This document shows, one piece after another, positions 1-13,052 of a stretch of 64,000 nt of DNA; position 1 is the stretch's first letter; each line of letters starts with the position of its first letter. Source of the DNA: Vitrella brassicaformis CCMP3155 (taxonomy: Eukaryota; Protista; Chromerida); contig CDMY01000179.1 of the NCBI GenBank assembly GCA_001179505.1, forward strand, positions 112,911 through 176,910, read 5' to 3'. The notes under the pieces are model-generated. The model saw nothing but the letters and a program-made list of their open reading frames with translations, was not told the DNA's origin and ran no database searches. A program made the translations under genes and the position numbers.

Positions 1-3000
1 GAGGATGGCGACAAGGAGGCGGAATCGTGTGAAGGAGGCAGCTGCAAGCCTGGTGGTACGTCTGATGTGTGCCAACTGCTGGCTGGCTCCTTGCAGAATG
101 CTTGTGTGATGTATTTGTGTTGTATGGTATGTGTCAGGAGGCTCAGCGGGCTGTCCTGGCCGGTGGGGTGGGTGGAAGCCATGCACGCTGGATGGCGACG
201 GCCAGTGCTCGCGGTCCCGTGACTTCATCATAGAAGTGCCCTGGGACCGCGACGGCCGTCCGTGCGCGGGCAAGCAGCAGACAGAGCCATGCGACGCCGA
301 GGAGTGCAGTGACAGCCCGGGCGACCCGGAGGTGTGCAAGGGCAGCTGGAGCGCCTGGTCAACGTGCAGTGAGGAATGTCAGCACACGCGGACCTTCACA
401 CTCGACAACAACGACACATCGGTCGACACGTCTCACTGCCCGCACCAAGATGGCGACACCGACCCCAGGAGTTGCGATGGAGGCGCATGCAAAAGTGAGG
501 TGTTAGCCCAACCTTTCCTCCCCCTCTCTCCGCCCCACACACCCCTTGTGTTTGTGTTGTGTTCCTCTCAGGTGTGGACTGTGTGGGCGACTGGGGTGAG
601 TGGTCCGATTGCAACTCTGCCTGCGACCGCCTTCGCACCTACCGGGTCCTGCAGCCCCCGCAAGAGGGAGGCGAGCCCTGTGAGTTCGATGACCTGGAGC
701 AGGACGAGGGCCAGTGCCCACCGGAGCTGTGCACGCCGTCGACCGAGCCGTCTGACGTCGACTGTGAGGGCTACTGGGCGCCCTGGACGGTGTGTGACTC
801 CAACTGCACGCGGAGTAGGCAGTATGTGGTGGTACAGGAGGCGCAGGGCGAGGGCGACCCATGTGAGGCCAAAGACGGCCAGACAGAGGTATATTGAGAG
901 AGAGAGAGAGAGAGAGGGAGAGAGAGGGAGAGAGAGAGATGATCGACCTGTCTCATGTTTTTTGTTGCCTGCAGGACGACAAGTGCGAGCCGTGTGTGGA
1001 TGTGGATGAGGGCAGCGCTCCCGTGGTCATCGACTACGACGGCCTTCTGCCCAAGTACTCCAAGGGCAGCCAGATGATCATCACGCCATCCCTCTTCGCT
1101 AACACCAACTACTCCGGCACGGCCGACCCAAAAGAGATCCTCAAGCAGCTCGGTGGCGACACAGACGACTACGTCTGGACGGTGCTTCCCGCCCTGCCGG
1201 CCGGGCTCTCCCTCAACGAGACCACCGGCAGGATCACTGGCACCATCGAGACCACCCAGCCGCCGACCTTCCACACCGTGCTGGTGCGCAAGAAGGGCGA
1301 AGAGGGGCCGGGCATGGCGGCGGGTCGGTTCATCCTCACCACGACCGACGCGGCACCGACCAACCTCAGCTACCCCGGCCCCGACGTGACGACTCTGTGT
1401 GTCGGAATGCCCATGCCCGAGCGCATGCCGACGTGGGAGGGCGGCCCGCCGTCGCGCTTCGAGAGCGACCCGCTGCCCTTGTCGCTGACGGTGAACAAGA
1501 CCACTGGCGTGCTAGGGGGGATACCCAGGGAGCAATCGATCAAGAAGGCCTACCGGATTCAGGTGCGTCTGCGTATACCTGACAGGGAGGAGAAAGAGAG
1601 GATGCCCGATCACTGGTGGTGTTGTGTTGTGTTGTCAGGCGGTCAATGCGGGGGGCCGTGCGTCGGACAATGTAACTCTGGAAGTGAAGCCAGCCATGCA
1701 GCTGCTGGACCCTCTTCGCAGAGACGAGTCCCCCGTTCTCAAGATTGACCTCACGTCGGCGTCGACCACCTACTACACACCCTACAAGGTTCTGACGGTC
1801 GTGGCGCCCTCACAAGTGCCCGTCAACGACATCCTCTGCCAGGCGGTGCCCATCCTCTCGTCCAAGGCCAACCCCATCATCCCGCCGCCAGAGTGCACCG
1901 AGGAGGAGGGAGACAGCGACAACAGGCAGGAGAGAGGCGAGGTCATGTGCTCCGTCGGCCGAGAGGCCACGCCCGGCGAGAAGCAGACGCTGTACCTCAA
2001 CCTGCTGGGCAAGGACCCGCCTTGCTACCTGACAGGGAGGAGCTCAAATGAGAGCGAGGAGCTCAAGGTGGTGGGGCTCGTGACGCTGATCCCCAACGAG
2101 CGGGCCAGGCGGGACGTGCCCATGATACGCGAGTATCTCAACAAGACGACCGAAGACGGCGATGAGGCGCCCAACGTGCTCATGGTGGGGCTGTCTTCGC
2201 CCAAGGAGCGCGCCTTCAAATTCCTGCTGAAAGAGCCCACCGACGCCGAAAAGACCACCCCGTACAAGACCACCATCCAGCTAAGCTTGGGCAGCCTCAG
2301 CATCACCGCTATGCGCAACAACGATGAGTTCAAAGACAAGCTGGAGACCGACGTCGAGAAGCTTCTCGACGTGCCGCCCGCGCGCATCCGGGTGACGTCG
2401 GCCCGCGATCAGGACTGCTCCGGCTCTGACCTCAGCCGATGTAAATCCGAGGCTGATGTCATCTTCATGCCGGAGCAGGGTAGGCCTTCTGCCCAGGCCA
2501 AGTACATCGAGACGCCCTACGTGCTGTTTGAGGACTTCCGGCGGCGCGTCATGGACCCCAGGAACCACCTCTATCAGTTCCCCAATTCATACTGGTTCCT
2601 CACATCTATCAGCCGCAGCGAGCCCCTGCTGCCTCAGCGACTCGTGCTCTGTGAGGGCGGGAGCGTCGTAGACGACATCGAGAACTGCCCACCCCACGAT
2701 AATGACAGTGGTGATGAGGTGGACAGCAGGAGTGAGGGCGGCAATGGCGATGACAACCCTTGGTATAAGGAGGAATGGATATGGGGGATTGTGGGTACGG
2801 TCGTCTCGCTGGTGGGCCTCGCGGTCTCCATCCAGATCTGCCACTGCAAACAGATGCGCGAGCAAACCAAGAAGAGCGTGCGGCGCTTCATGACCTCGGC
2901 GCTTGGCCGCCCCACCTCGCCTGATGACGATGAGGAGCAGGGCAGTAATGGGGACGGCCGCAAGAGGACCAAGATCAGCCGCAGCGACACATCTGAGACA

Positions 3001-4913
3001 CGCGAGGACGACAAGTCATCCCAAGGCAAGAGGCGAGACGGCGACAGCACACCGCCAGGCAGGGCGGTCTCATCTCTGCCGACGTCTGGAGATGACCGTG
3101 GGGTCTCGGTGGCCCCTCGCCGGTCCACGACCACGGCCACTCGAGTGCCCAGCAGCCAGGTGTCGCGCATCACAGCTGGTGACGAAGACGCCGACACCAT
3201 GTACGCAGACGACGAGACACCCACTCCTGCGGGCGCCGGTGGTGGCGGTGGCGGGATGCACTACGGCCACCCCCATGCGCCGCCGTATCTGGGCTTCCAC
3301 ACCCACGCGCCACACTACCCACCCTCCATGCCCTACTACCCCCCACACCACCACTACGCCCACCCGCCCATGTACCACATGGGCAGCCACATGAGCAGTC
3401 TGGGCAGCATGAGCATCGGCATGCCGGCCATGCAGCTGTCGAGGGAACGGTCCATGAGCAGCACCACAGACAAAGCGTCGAGAAGTGGCAAGGCCGGCAA
3501 TGGAGAACGAGGAGGACCGGGTAAGTCTGAAGGCGGTCTGAAGGCGCCTCCGGGTGCTGTCCCTCACGCCAACTCCATCCCCCAGCTGCCGACACAGCAC
3601 CCTCACTATGCAAGGTACGTGAGCCACCACGAGATAACCACACCGGGTGGTGGTTTTGTCAGTCATCCCTCCCCTCCCCTCCCCTCCCCTCTCTTCGTAT
3701 GTTTAGGTCTCGTCCATCAGCACCGGTCCGCAGCAACTCTGGCACATCCATGGGCACACCTGAGCATCGCGACCGCGAGACCTCAGACGACGCTCATGAC
3801 GCACCAACAGTATCACCGGCAGCAGCAAGAGGGGCTCCAAATGGCTTCATTGCCGACACAGAGCGCTCCCGCAGCTCATCAGGTGGTGCGCACCACAGCA
3901 TTAGTGCCAGGTCATCGCCCCACGGCCCCGCCCACCAAGACTCTATCGCCCTCGATGACGGTGACAGCTCCGCTGACGAATCTGGTGGCCACCACTTGAT
4001 GCCGGGATACCCCCACCACGGACCCTACTACTCGCCCCAGCCACAGTCCCTCCTCGCTGTGCGGCCGACAGTCCAGGAGTGGCGCTCGCCGGCCCTGCCA
4101 CCACGGCCGTCGCTGGGCGAGCCACAGCCCTCCCGGTCAGTGACACGCCCTATGCACATCAATGCCGGCGTCCATTCGAGAGCACCGCCGAGTCTGCAGT
4201 CTGAGGGAAGTCAGGACAGCAACACAGAGGGAGGAGCACTGAGGGAGTCGCCGCCCTATCGCACCAAGAAGGCCATCCGCATCTTGGCGCCCCCCTCCCC
4301 GCCCTCGTGCGCATCGACCGACCTGCCGATGAGCGACCGCCTGGTCTGCCGCGGTCTCGACGCTCCCCACTCGGCCCCACTGCCGCCCTTGCATCCCGCC
4401 ACGGCCATCCGGAAACGATCAGAAGACGGTATCGAGTCGGACTGCGGCCGGCCGGCTCTCGCCAGGCAACGCTCTGCCGAGAGCCAGCTGACGGCAAGCG
4501 AGGATGACGCGCCGCAGATGGCGACTGAGGGGCAGCCGAGGAGGGTGCGGGCGACGGCACACGCGCACCACCGCCAATACCACCACCCTTCAACAACACG
4601 GCGGTCGCGGCGAAGGCATACACATACGTCGCGTGGGTCGTCGGGTCGGCGTCGGCGACGCTCATTGGTTGTCAATCTGGCGTCGATGAGCACTAGCACA
4701 TCAGCCGCCCGGCACCACCTCGATGACTCGTCCAGTGAGACGTCGGCGGCCACGGCCTCTGGGCAGTCGCCGCCACTGGCGGCCCTGCTGCCGCAGAGTG
4801 GGCCTGACTCGCCATTGGGCACTGCGTCGCATCACTCAGCGGCCCCTGATCTGACTGTGTCGATGCCGCCGTACGTGGACAGCAATGGCGGCCGGCGAGA
4901 GGGGGACGTGTAG
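1..4913 (+). CDS. Type-I membrane protein with TSP1 repeats, two putative-Ig (He_PIG-like) repeats, one TM helix and a long low-complexity tail (5'-partial)
   Basis: Phase-compatible GT-AG exons about 1-55, 138-494, 572-888, 975-1562, 1639-3614 and 3707-4913. Four WxxWxxC..C..R repeats (e.g. CKGSWSAWSTCSEEC, DCVGDWGEWSDC). LPAGLSLNETTGRITGT and LPLSLTVNKTTGVLGG repeats. Hydrophobic WIWGIVGTVVSLVGLAVSIQIC at about 2776-2844. Confidence 0.8.
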
Positions 4914-5539
4914 ACACACAGAGATGAGCAGATGGACCGAAGGGGATCAGTGGGTGCATCTGCCTGCCTGTTGTGTGTCTATCCCTATGTTGTGAATGTC
5001 AATCAACGTGATGGTGTTGTGTTCATGTGTGTGTAGTGGTAGCTAGGTCAGTCCGTATCGTATATATATATGTATGTTGCCGGTTTGTGTGATCTTCGTG
5101 GCGTGGCGTGGTGGTTTTGACCGATCTGTGCGTGTGTGAGTGGGTGAGTCGAGTCGTTTTTTCCGACAGATGCGGTGCGTGTTTGTGTGTTGAGTACGTC
5201 CGTATGCCGTGTAAGTCCACATATGCCTGTGTCTCATGCGTGCAGATCAGATGCGGTGCCTGCGAGTGGTCCTCGCCCCGATGGATGGATGGTCATGCTG
5301 GCTGCATGATGGTCTGTCTGATGGTGACGTGATGGTGACGGTGAGCGGTCGGTCTTTGGTCATTTCGTTTGGGAGGGGGAAGTGTGTGGCCGGCTAGCTG
5401 GATGGCAGGGCGGGTGTGTGAGAAGGCCGGCTCCAAGGCGCAAGGCAGTAGAGTGTTCTCCCTTATTTAACACATTGCCTGTCTACCTGTCTGTCTGTTG
5501 AGTGACGCCCAATTAGCGAACCTCACTCACTGGCTTCAC

Positions 5540-7029
5540 TCACTGCTGACACACACACCAGACACACACACACACCATGTATACAAGTGTTTTCTCATCA
5601 TCGCTTGCAATCGCACCCAGCCAACCCCAACACACACGCACTACCGACTTCCCCTCTGGTGAGGTCAGTCGATCTATCTGCCGTATCTATCTGTCCATTG
5701 GGTCTATCTAATGGTGCCTGCCTGGTCTGCATGCCGTGGTGGCCACCACGCGCCCTTCCTTCTTTTGTGCAAGTCACTCCATCAACCTAATCTGCATTAC
5801 ATGTGTGTGTGTGTGTATGTGTGGTGGATCAAAATTTTTCGTGAGGGGAGAGATTGGGGATGGCTGTAGGCGGGCCAGACAGAGACGGCAAGTAAGTACG
5901 TGTTGACGGATAGATGTGGCGCTCTACCTGCATGGCATGACTTGTTCTCCGTTTAGCGTAGCGCGGCGTGCATCATCTTGTTTTTCAACACTCACTCGTG
6001 GCACTCACTCATCAGCTGTATACCACTGTCGGCAATCCATCCTCTCATCGATCAGCCAGCCTCACCCTCTATAAGCGAGTCGAGTGTGTCTCATATCCCT
6101 ACCTGTATGTCAGTCACCTCTCTCTATGCTTAGCTATGTATCGCACCACTCCACCCACTCCAGGTCTTTTGTGTTTCGCGTCGGTCCGTTCGTATGTGTC
6201 TGTTTATAGTCTGTCTGCCTCAGTGCTTTTTTCTCCCCTTCTTCTTTCGTGGGGGGCCTATTCTCGTCTCGCATCTTTCTCCACTCATCCTCATAACCGT
6301 CCGTGTGTGTGAGATCGTGGGATATGATGATATGGGGGCTTTGCACGTCAGTGCCGTGGTGGGGGGGCTGGGCTGCATGCCATGGACGTCTTTTATGTAC
6401 AGAAGTGACTGACTGACTGACACGCTTGGCTTGCTCTGCTCGGTGGGCGGCTCGGCTCCTTGGGAGGGGGGTGGGCCACACATCACATCACACCGATCGA
6501 TCGACCTTTATCCATCCTTTGTGTCCGTGTGTTGTATGTATCTATCGTATGTATCAATCTGTCTGCCTATTGATTGTACAACAACAGCATTGATTAGATG
6601 CATCAATACACTGACTGCATGCTTATCAGTCTATCGCTCTCTTTTCACCCCCAGACACTGACACGCCAACACCCACACACAAGACAGACAGTACAGTCCA
6701 TCCACAGCCAGGTGTCGTTTTCTTGCCTCCTTACTTTAGTCGGCCGACAGACACGTTTCTTGGGAACGAACGGGGTGACTGACACCCAATGGTCGGATGG
6801 ATGGATGGATGTGTGCATTTCTGCCCTCTCTCGTAGGGCATTCAGTTATCCGGTTGTGCACACACGAGGGGACATCTCTCTCTTGTATTATCGTATTGAT
6901 TATCGTCTGCCTGTCTCCCTCCTTGTCTGTCTGTCGCTCTCGCTGTGTCTCCTCTCTGTCTAAGTGTCTGCCTGTGTCTGCGTGTCGTGTCTGCTGGGTG
7001 GCTTGCTCACGAACCGTGAGGTGTCCTCC

Positions 7030-7065
<36 letters not shown>
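5540..7065. repeat. Microsatellite-rich intergenic/UTR DNA ((CA)n/(GT)n, (CTGT)n, (GGAT)n)
   Basis: Short simple repeats seen directly, e.g. GT runs near 5801-5822 and 7035-7062. ORFs here are repeat-derived. The same repeats fill introns across the window. Confidence 0.7.
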
Positions 7066-8889
7066 TGGACACTTGGTGGGTCATCATGCCATTGGATGGA
7101 CCGGACAGATGGACTGAATGGCACGTAATACTTAGTACTGAGTATGCGCTCGGGCCCTGGGGGCAAGTGTGGGCTCCCTCACTCTGCGCCTGCTATCCCA
7201 AGAGAGCGCAAGAGAGCCTTTAAGGCTGAGTGCATCCGAATACACATGCCCATGACGTCAGCCATCTTCAGCCTCTTATCTCGTCGGCTGGTCCCCGTCT
7301 CTCCCGGCCTCCTCTTGACGACGGGCATTGGAGATGCTGCTGCCGGCCCTCCTGCAGTCGAGGGCAGCAAGCAAGGGGTGTGCACCGCCTCCCGCGTCAC
7401 CGAACTCAACTGCTTTGTAGTCAGGCATACAAACAACTTCGTGAGAAGGAGCCAACGAGATGAATTGTTTGTGCAGGCGTTGCCAGATGGTGACAAGCGC
7501 ACCGATGCCACTGACAGTCTGAGAGCATACGCCGACATGCTGGCCTTTCCTGCAGGCGGCTCCGCGGCAAATGACAGATCGGCGAGAACTTCTCGACGGC
7601 GGAGACGGAGACGCCCTTGAAAACCCGCAAACCCTGATTTCTTTTGTTTTTCCATTTTTCTCAGCATTTCCGCGCCTTCCCTCTTCTGCTGCATTCTCAG
7701 GGCCACAGATCCTTTGTTTCTTCGTCTTTTGGGCTGGTTCTTGTCTTATGTGGCTCGCCTCTGCCTCTCCCAAGCCCCCCCACTTGAGCGGATGTCGGGC
7801 GCCACTTCTTTATTCCGCCCTCTACCTACAGGGAGGCCTCAACCAGTGGTGCCCGGCTGCCTGCGGAATGGCTGCAAAGCGCCTGGCGTCTGCCTGGCGT
7901 AAGCGGTGTTTTCTCCTCAGGCGGCTTTCTAAGGTAAGTGCGGAGACATTTTATGGTGCGTGCCTTGCGTGTGGTGGCGCGCGTGAGGCCTGTGCGTGTG
8001 CGTACGCATCTCGAGGCCACTGCTCAATGCACCTTCTCTCCAATGTTCATCTCAGATGTTTTATCGTCAATTCTTCAGATGGCCGTCTCATTTCTCGACA
8101 GGTTCTTCGGCAGGTACAATAAGCTTCCAGTAGGTCTGAAATCTACTGCACACAGCAACTGGTCCGTTGCTGCCTTCCCAGACAAAGGAAATCATTTCTG
8201 AGGAGCTCGAGATGGAATGCATCAGTGCTGTGTGAATGGTTCTGATGGGTACAGACTTAAGCTCTCAGTCCCTCAACGAGCTGCTACGAGCAGGAGGCCT
8301 GCAGGCCGAGAACCTCTGCAGCAACCAATTAAAACAAGGAAGCCATCAATCCGTGCATCAGGGCAAACACGTGTTTTGCGGGTTGTTTGCAGATCGCGAT
8401 ACTCCAGGGAAAGCTGTTCGACGCAGCAAAAGCGTTTCATTAGGCCGATGCCGAAAGCCATGACCTTATGGAGCGACTGCAGTCAGCTGGTAAGGAATGC
8501 CCGGTGAGAAGATACCATTTGCTTGTCTAGAGGTATCAGGCAGCCAGCGGGAAGTATGGAGGGGCCGGCGCTCAACGAGAACAACAAGAAGAAGCGGAGA
8601 CACGACTGGGAGGGAGACGACACCTTCCACCCTCGAGTGGGGGTGCACGCCCACGCACATGGGCTGGGGTGCGGCCTCGGCATCAATCGTCCCAATGAAG
8701 AGGTGACTGACAGACAGAAGGAGAGACAAATGCGAGCCTCCAAAGACTGAGGTGCAACGTGCTCAGATCTGCCGTCCGCGTCGAAGACGAGGCCAAGGAC
8801 GAGCCATTCTGCACCCCTCGATCGCATACTTGATCAAATCATTAGCTGTCAGGGTCGGCTGCCCAGTCAGACTCCCAGTGTGACTCGCC

Positions 8890-9085
8890 ATGGTGAGTTT
8901 GCCCCATCCGGCCCTTGGCTTCAAGAAGGACGAACACGCCAAGCATTGGAAGAACTCCGAGACCAACACATGCCTCGGAGCCTTCTTCGTGGCGTTGTTT
9001 GGTTCCTTCGTCACCGGGACCACCAACTCGCTAGTAAGCGCCCGAAGGAGAGGAAACACAACGGATACAGATGTCCTGATGTTTG

Positions 9086-9122
<37 letters not shown>

Positions 9123-9925
9123 TGTTTTCTGCCACAGGGCCGCCAAGGCCTTGAAGGACCACCTGTTCACCACGGGAGAGCTGTGGTACATATGATTTTG
9201 AGCTGGTGAGCCAAGAGCTGCACTCAACTGACCTGAAGACGGACGTATACACCCATGACGGTCTGCCTGTGTGTGTGCATGTGTATGTGTGTGTGTATGT
9301 GTGTGTGTGTGTGTGTGTGTGTCAGACGGTCGGGTTGGCAGGGCTTTGAGGCAGCATCAAGTGTGCCTTTGCGGGAGGGTACGCTGAGTTCGAGATGCTG
9401 TCTCGACAAAAAGGAGTGGGCCATTGGTAATGACACACAGACAGCATAAAGACGTGTCGATCATTCATTCATCCATCCATCCATCCCTCCATCCATTGGT
9501 GCTGTGCTGATCTCATCTCAGGTGCCACTGGTTTTGAGATGTTGACCTGTCTGACGCCCATCGAGGCGTGCGAGTTTGATATGGAGGTGGGTGGGGCGGC
9601 ACACACACATGCACAACACACACACAAACAATGCAACTTGCTGCTGTATTAATTGCCGCAGAGGTTTCGATTCATCTTCGGCGAGGGGCAGCATCAGACG
9701 ACTATCTCCTCTCTCCTCCGACTCCGATTTCGTGCATCGGTACTGCAGATGACAAGGTGGGCGAGACCAAGTGGTCAGCGGCTGAGTTTCTGGACGAGGG
9801 ACTGGGCTGGTATACGGTGTACCGCAAAGATGTCGGGAAGCTGCTTCGCTCTCGCACAGCAAGCTGTGACACTTCATTCGAGAGCTCGCAGCGACTATGC
9901 TGGACGCATCACTTATTGGTTTTTA
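8890..9925 (+). pseudogene. Putative multi-exon gene of unknown function, reading frame not continuous
   Basis: Coding-like exons with GT-AG borders (MVSLPHPALGFKKDEHAKHWK..., YVFCHRAAKALKDHLFTTGELW, ATGFEMLTCLTPIEACEFDME, DDKVGETKWSAAEFLDEGLGWY), but they cannot be joined without frame changes or stops. Confidence 0.35.
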
Positions 9926-10645
9926 AGTGAGTAACATCGATGGTCGAGCCCTCTCAGCCATCAGATCGGGCGCCAGACGACAGGGGCGGCTCCCAGAATC
10001 AAGGTCAGCCCACACACGGTTATACATGGGTCCTTGTCGAAAGAGGGAGATAATGGATGCTCGTATGTGTCCGTGTGCTGATCGCAGAGTTGACAGCACA
10101 AGATTGGGAGCACCTTCGGCAACTTCGGCAATTTCGGCAACAGCACCCTCAGGCGCAACATGCCGGTATACCATGCAGGAGGAGATGCCATGTCAGTGCG
10201 CGTGTCTATTTAATGTATGCGCGTCCGTCAGGTCAAGGGCCAGCGGTAGGGTCTCAGCCACAGGTAACCCCAATGAGAGACAATGGCCACCGATTCGCAT
10301 CTCTTCGTCTCATCGATGTCCATGTGTGTGCTTTATTGGTGGAGAGTGCGTCATTCCTGGACAACAAGGGGCCTTACTTACATCCCTCAGTGCCGCCGAG
10401 AAGAAAAAGCGGGCTGCTCGCCTGCTGATTCAGCGGTGGAGACAGCATGAATCTGCAGGCCTGAAAATATAGTTGCCTCTCTGCTGCTGCAGCAGGAGAT
10501 CAGGAGGCGGATGTGGGAGGTGAGAGAGAAGACGGGAAAGAAGCGGTGAGGAGGGCCAAAGAGGTGAGCAAGTGTGCCGTCACACAATGAAATGAACCTG
10601 CCGTCAGAGAAGTAAAGTGTCTGTTTGTGTCTCTCTGTGCTGCAG

Positions 10646-11525
10646 ATTGCTGCCTCCATTTTATATCTGCTGATCCATCTTCTCCTTGGAATGCGCACCT
10701 TATCCATTCATCAAATTCGGCAAGATGGTGCTGTTCGAGAGAGTATTCTCGGTGCTGTCTTCAGGGCGGGCTGCGCCCTGGTGCCGGCGGGCAAGGCCAA
10801 GTGCCTGGCACACGCCTCGTGGCACCTTGCCATCGCACACGGCCCTCCTCACTGCTGGCCCCCTGCTTCAAGGTCAGAACACACACAGACAGCCGGACGG
10901 ACACCGTACACGAGTGTATTCGTCATCTGTTGTGTGCGCAGTAGCGGTGCGCCACATGCCTGTGCCGGTCACGAAGGCAAGTCAGCACAGACAGACACAC
11001 ATGAGAATCTCGATGTACGTCTTTATGTGTCGCACTCATTCAGGTGGTCTGCGGCGACAGCCATCCCGCTGCGGTTGGGTGCAGGGTTGGTGATGAGGCT
11101 GCCGGGGGGTCAAGAGTCAGATGGTATTCGCACAAGGAAGGACACGGCCAGCGGGCGATGGGACGAGGAGCCTGAGCCGGATGCCAAGATACCCAAGGAG
11201 CGGCCCCCATTCAGCAAAAGACTGGATGTTCCGGTAGGCTGAATGAATGAGTGGATGGATGCATTACCTATCTCGTGTGTGCATGTTATGCAGGAGGATA
11301 AGGACACCAAGGACCCGATCCCTCTCACCAAGAGGGTCCACCCGGACCGAGGTGTCTATGAGGCGATTGAGGTTGACAAACAGGAGCCGAGGGTCATCAA
11401 GATGCTCAGAGCCACTGAGAAGAGGGCCTCGGGAACCAAGCAGCGGCCTGGCACGGTAAGCCATTCCTTCGCCGTTCATTGAGCATCGGACGGATGTGTT
11501 CTCTGTGTGTGCATCTTGTGTGTGT

Positions 11526-11556
<31 letters not shown>

Positions 11557-12718
11557 ACAGCCGGACAACGAGATCCATGTGCTGAATCTGCTGAAACACG
11601 AGCGGCGCTTCTTCATAACAGCTGAAGAGACCAAAGTGGACAAGCATTGGTCACTCATCGTCATGAAGCGGGCATTGATGGACATGTCGGACTGGCGCTG
11701 GTAAGGCAGATCCATGCACGATGGATGCTTAACATGGCGTACGTCATCCATTGTGCATGCAGCCGTTTCCGGGGTTCTGTGGTGCTGGCCTGTGTCGTTG
11801 GCTACGTGGTGTTCTGCCTGCTGCAGTCGCTGGAAAAGCTGGCCCTCAAGTGAGTGAGTGAGGGCGATCTGGCACATCCAGTCGGCCAACAGATTTCAGC
11901 CACACCGCGGCGTTTCGTTTTAGGTACATCCTTCTTGTCTGTCTGTGTGTGTGTGTCTACCTATCAGACAGACAGGAAGGATCGGCTTCCCGCGCGGAGA
12001 GGTGCTCGTCACCGGCCTGCCCCAGTCTCCCCATGGACGACGAGAACAACGAGAAGTGAGCAATGTGCAGCACCCTGCCTGCTGTGTGTGTCTTTGTTGG
12101 ATATTGAAGTGTGTTTGTGTGTTTGTGTGACCTCGAGGACTCACTCACCGGGAAGGTCGCAAAGGAAGAGGTGAGTGAGTGAGCCAGGCATCCCCTCCAC
12201 CCGTATGTCTCTGCTCATCTCATCCACTCTTCCCTTCCTCGTCCGTCATTGATTAGGGTGTTTTGGCCTACTTCGGCCAGTGGAACAAGCCGACCGGTGA
12301 TGGCACCTCACTAGAAAGGGGGTACGGCGCACACACATACACACACTCATACAACACGACACGGCATTACACACACCACGATCATACATCGAGAGTAGTG
12401 CGTATATTGTCGCCCACGCATTCTTGATGGAGGGAAGGACAGACAGCCGCAGCTGCTGGGCTCACTCGTCGTTGTGTGGCGGTGTGGTTGCTTGGTTGGT
12501 TGCTTGGTTGGTTGGTTGGTTGGTGTGTCGCAGATTGAGAAGGCTGTTCAGGACGAGTGGAAGGAGCTCGTACAGTCATATTTTAAGTATGTCCACCACA
12601 CACACACAAATGCACACACACACACGGAGATGCCACGTCTCATCCGTGTGATCTCTGTCCGTTGTGTGATGGGTGCAGGCCGATAGAGAGGCTGCGCAAG
12701 GTGTTCCCGCGTGACTGA
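10646..12718 (+). CDS. Divergent protein-kinase-like gene (probable pseudokinase)
   Basis: Spliced exons give RGVYEAIEVDKQEPRVIKML (beta2-3), PDNEIHVLNLL (alphaC), WSLIVMKRALMDMSDW (hinge), LLQSLEKL (alphaE) and GVLAYFGQW (DFG-like); ends KPIERLRKVFPRD* at 12716-12718. No HRD found. 5' end uncertain. Confidence 0.55.
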
Positions 12719-13052
12719 CTAGGTGCGCAGGGCGACCACCGGTGAGCCATCAACACGACTCACACACACACTCACAGATGCAGACAGGCGCCCTCACCTG
12801 GCCCAGATGGCACGATCACGGTGCCTGATCGACGGAAATGCTAGGAGCTCCAATTGTTCATTTCCGTTCGTCAACGACCACATCGTAGCATTACAGGGGG
12901 CTTGTTTGTTTGTTTGTTGTTTCCCTTGATCCTCAGATTTTCGATTGGTGCCCTGCATAGTGAAGCCGCTTAGCCCACACCAGCCGCTGCGCCTTCGGCA
13001 CCACTCTCTCTCTCTCTCCCGCCCCCACTGCACACTGGTGCACAGCGGTCAG

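Noticed and set aside
9326-9427. In-frame TGA at 9347-9349 in a coding-like frame (GLAGL*GSIKCAFAGG), suggesting selenocysteine
   Set aside because: Another frame is open through this exon and phase-compatible with the next one; no SECIS or redox motif seen; the surrounding locus looks decayed.
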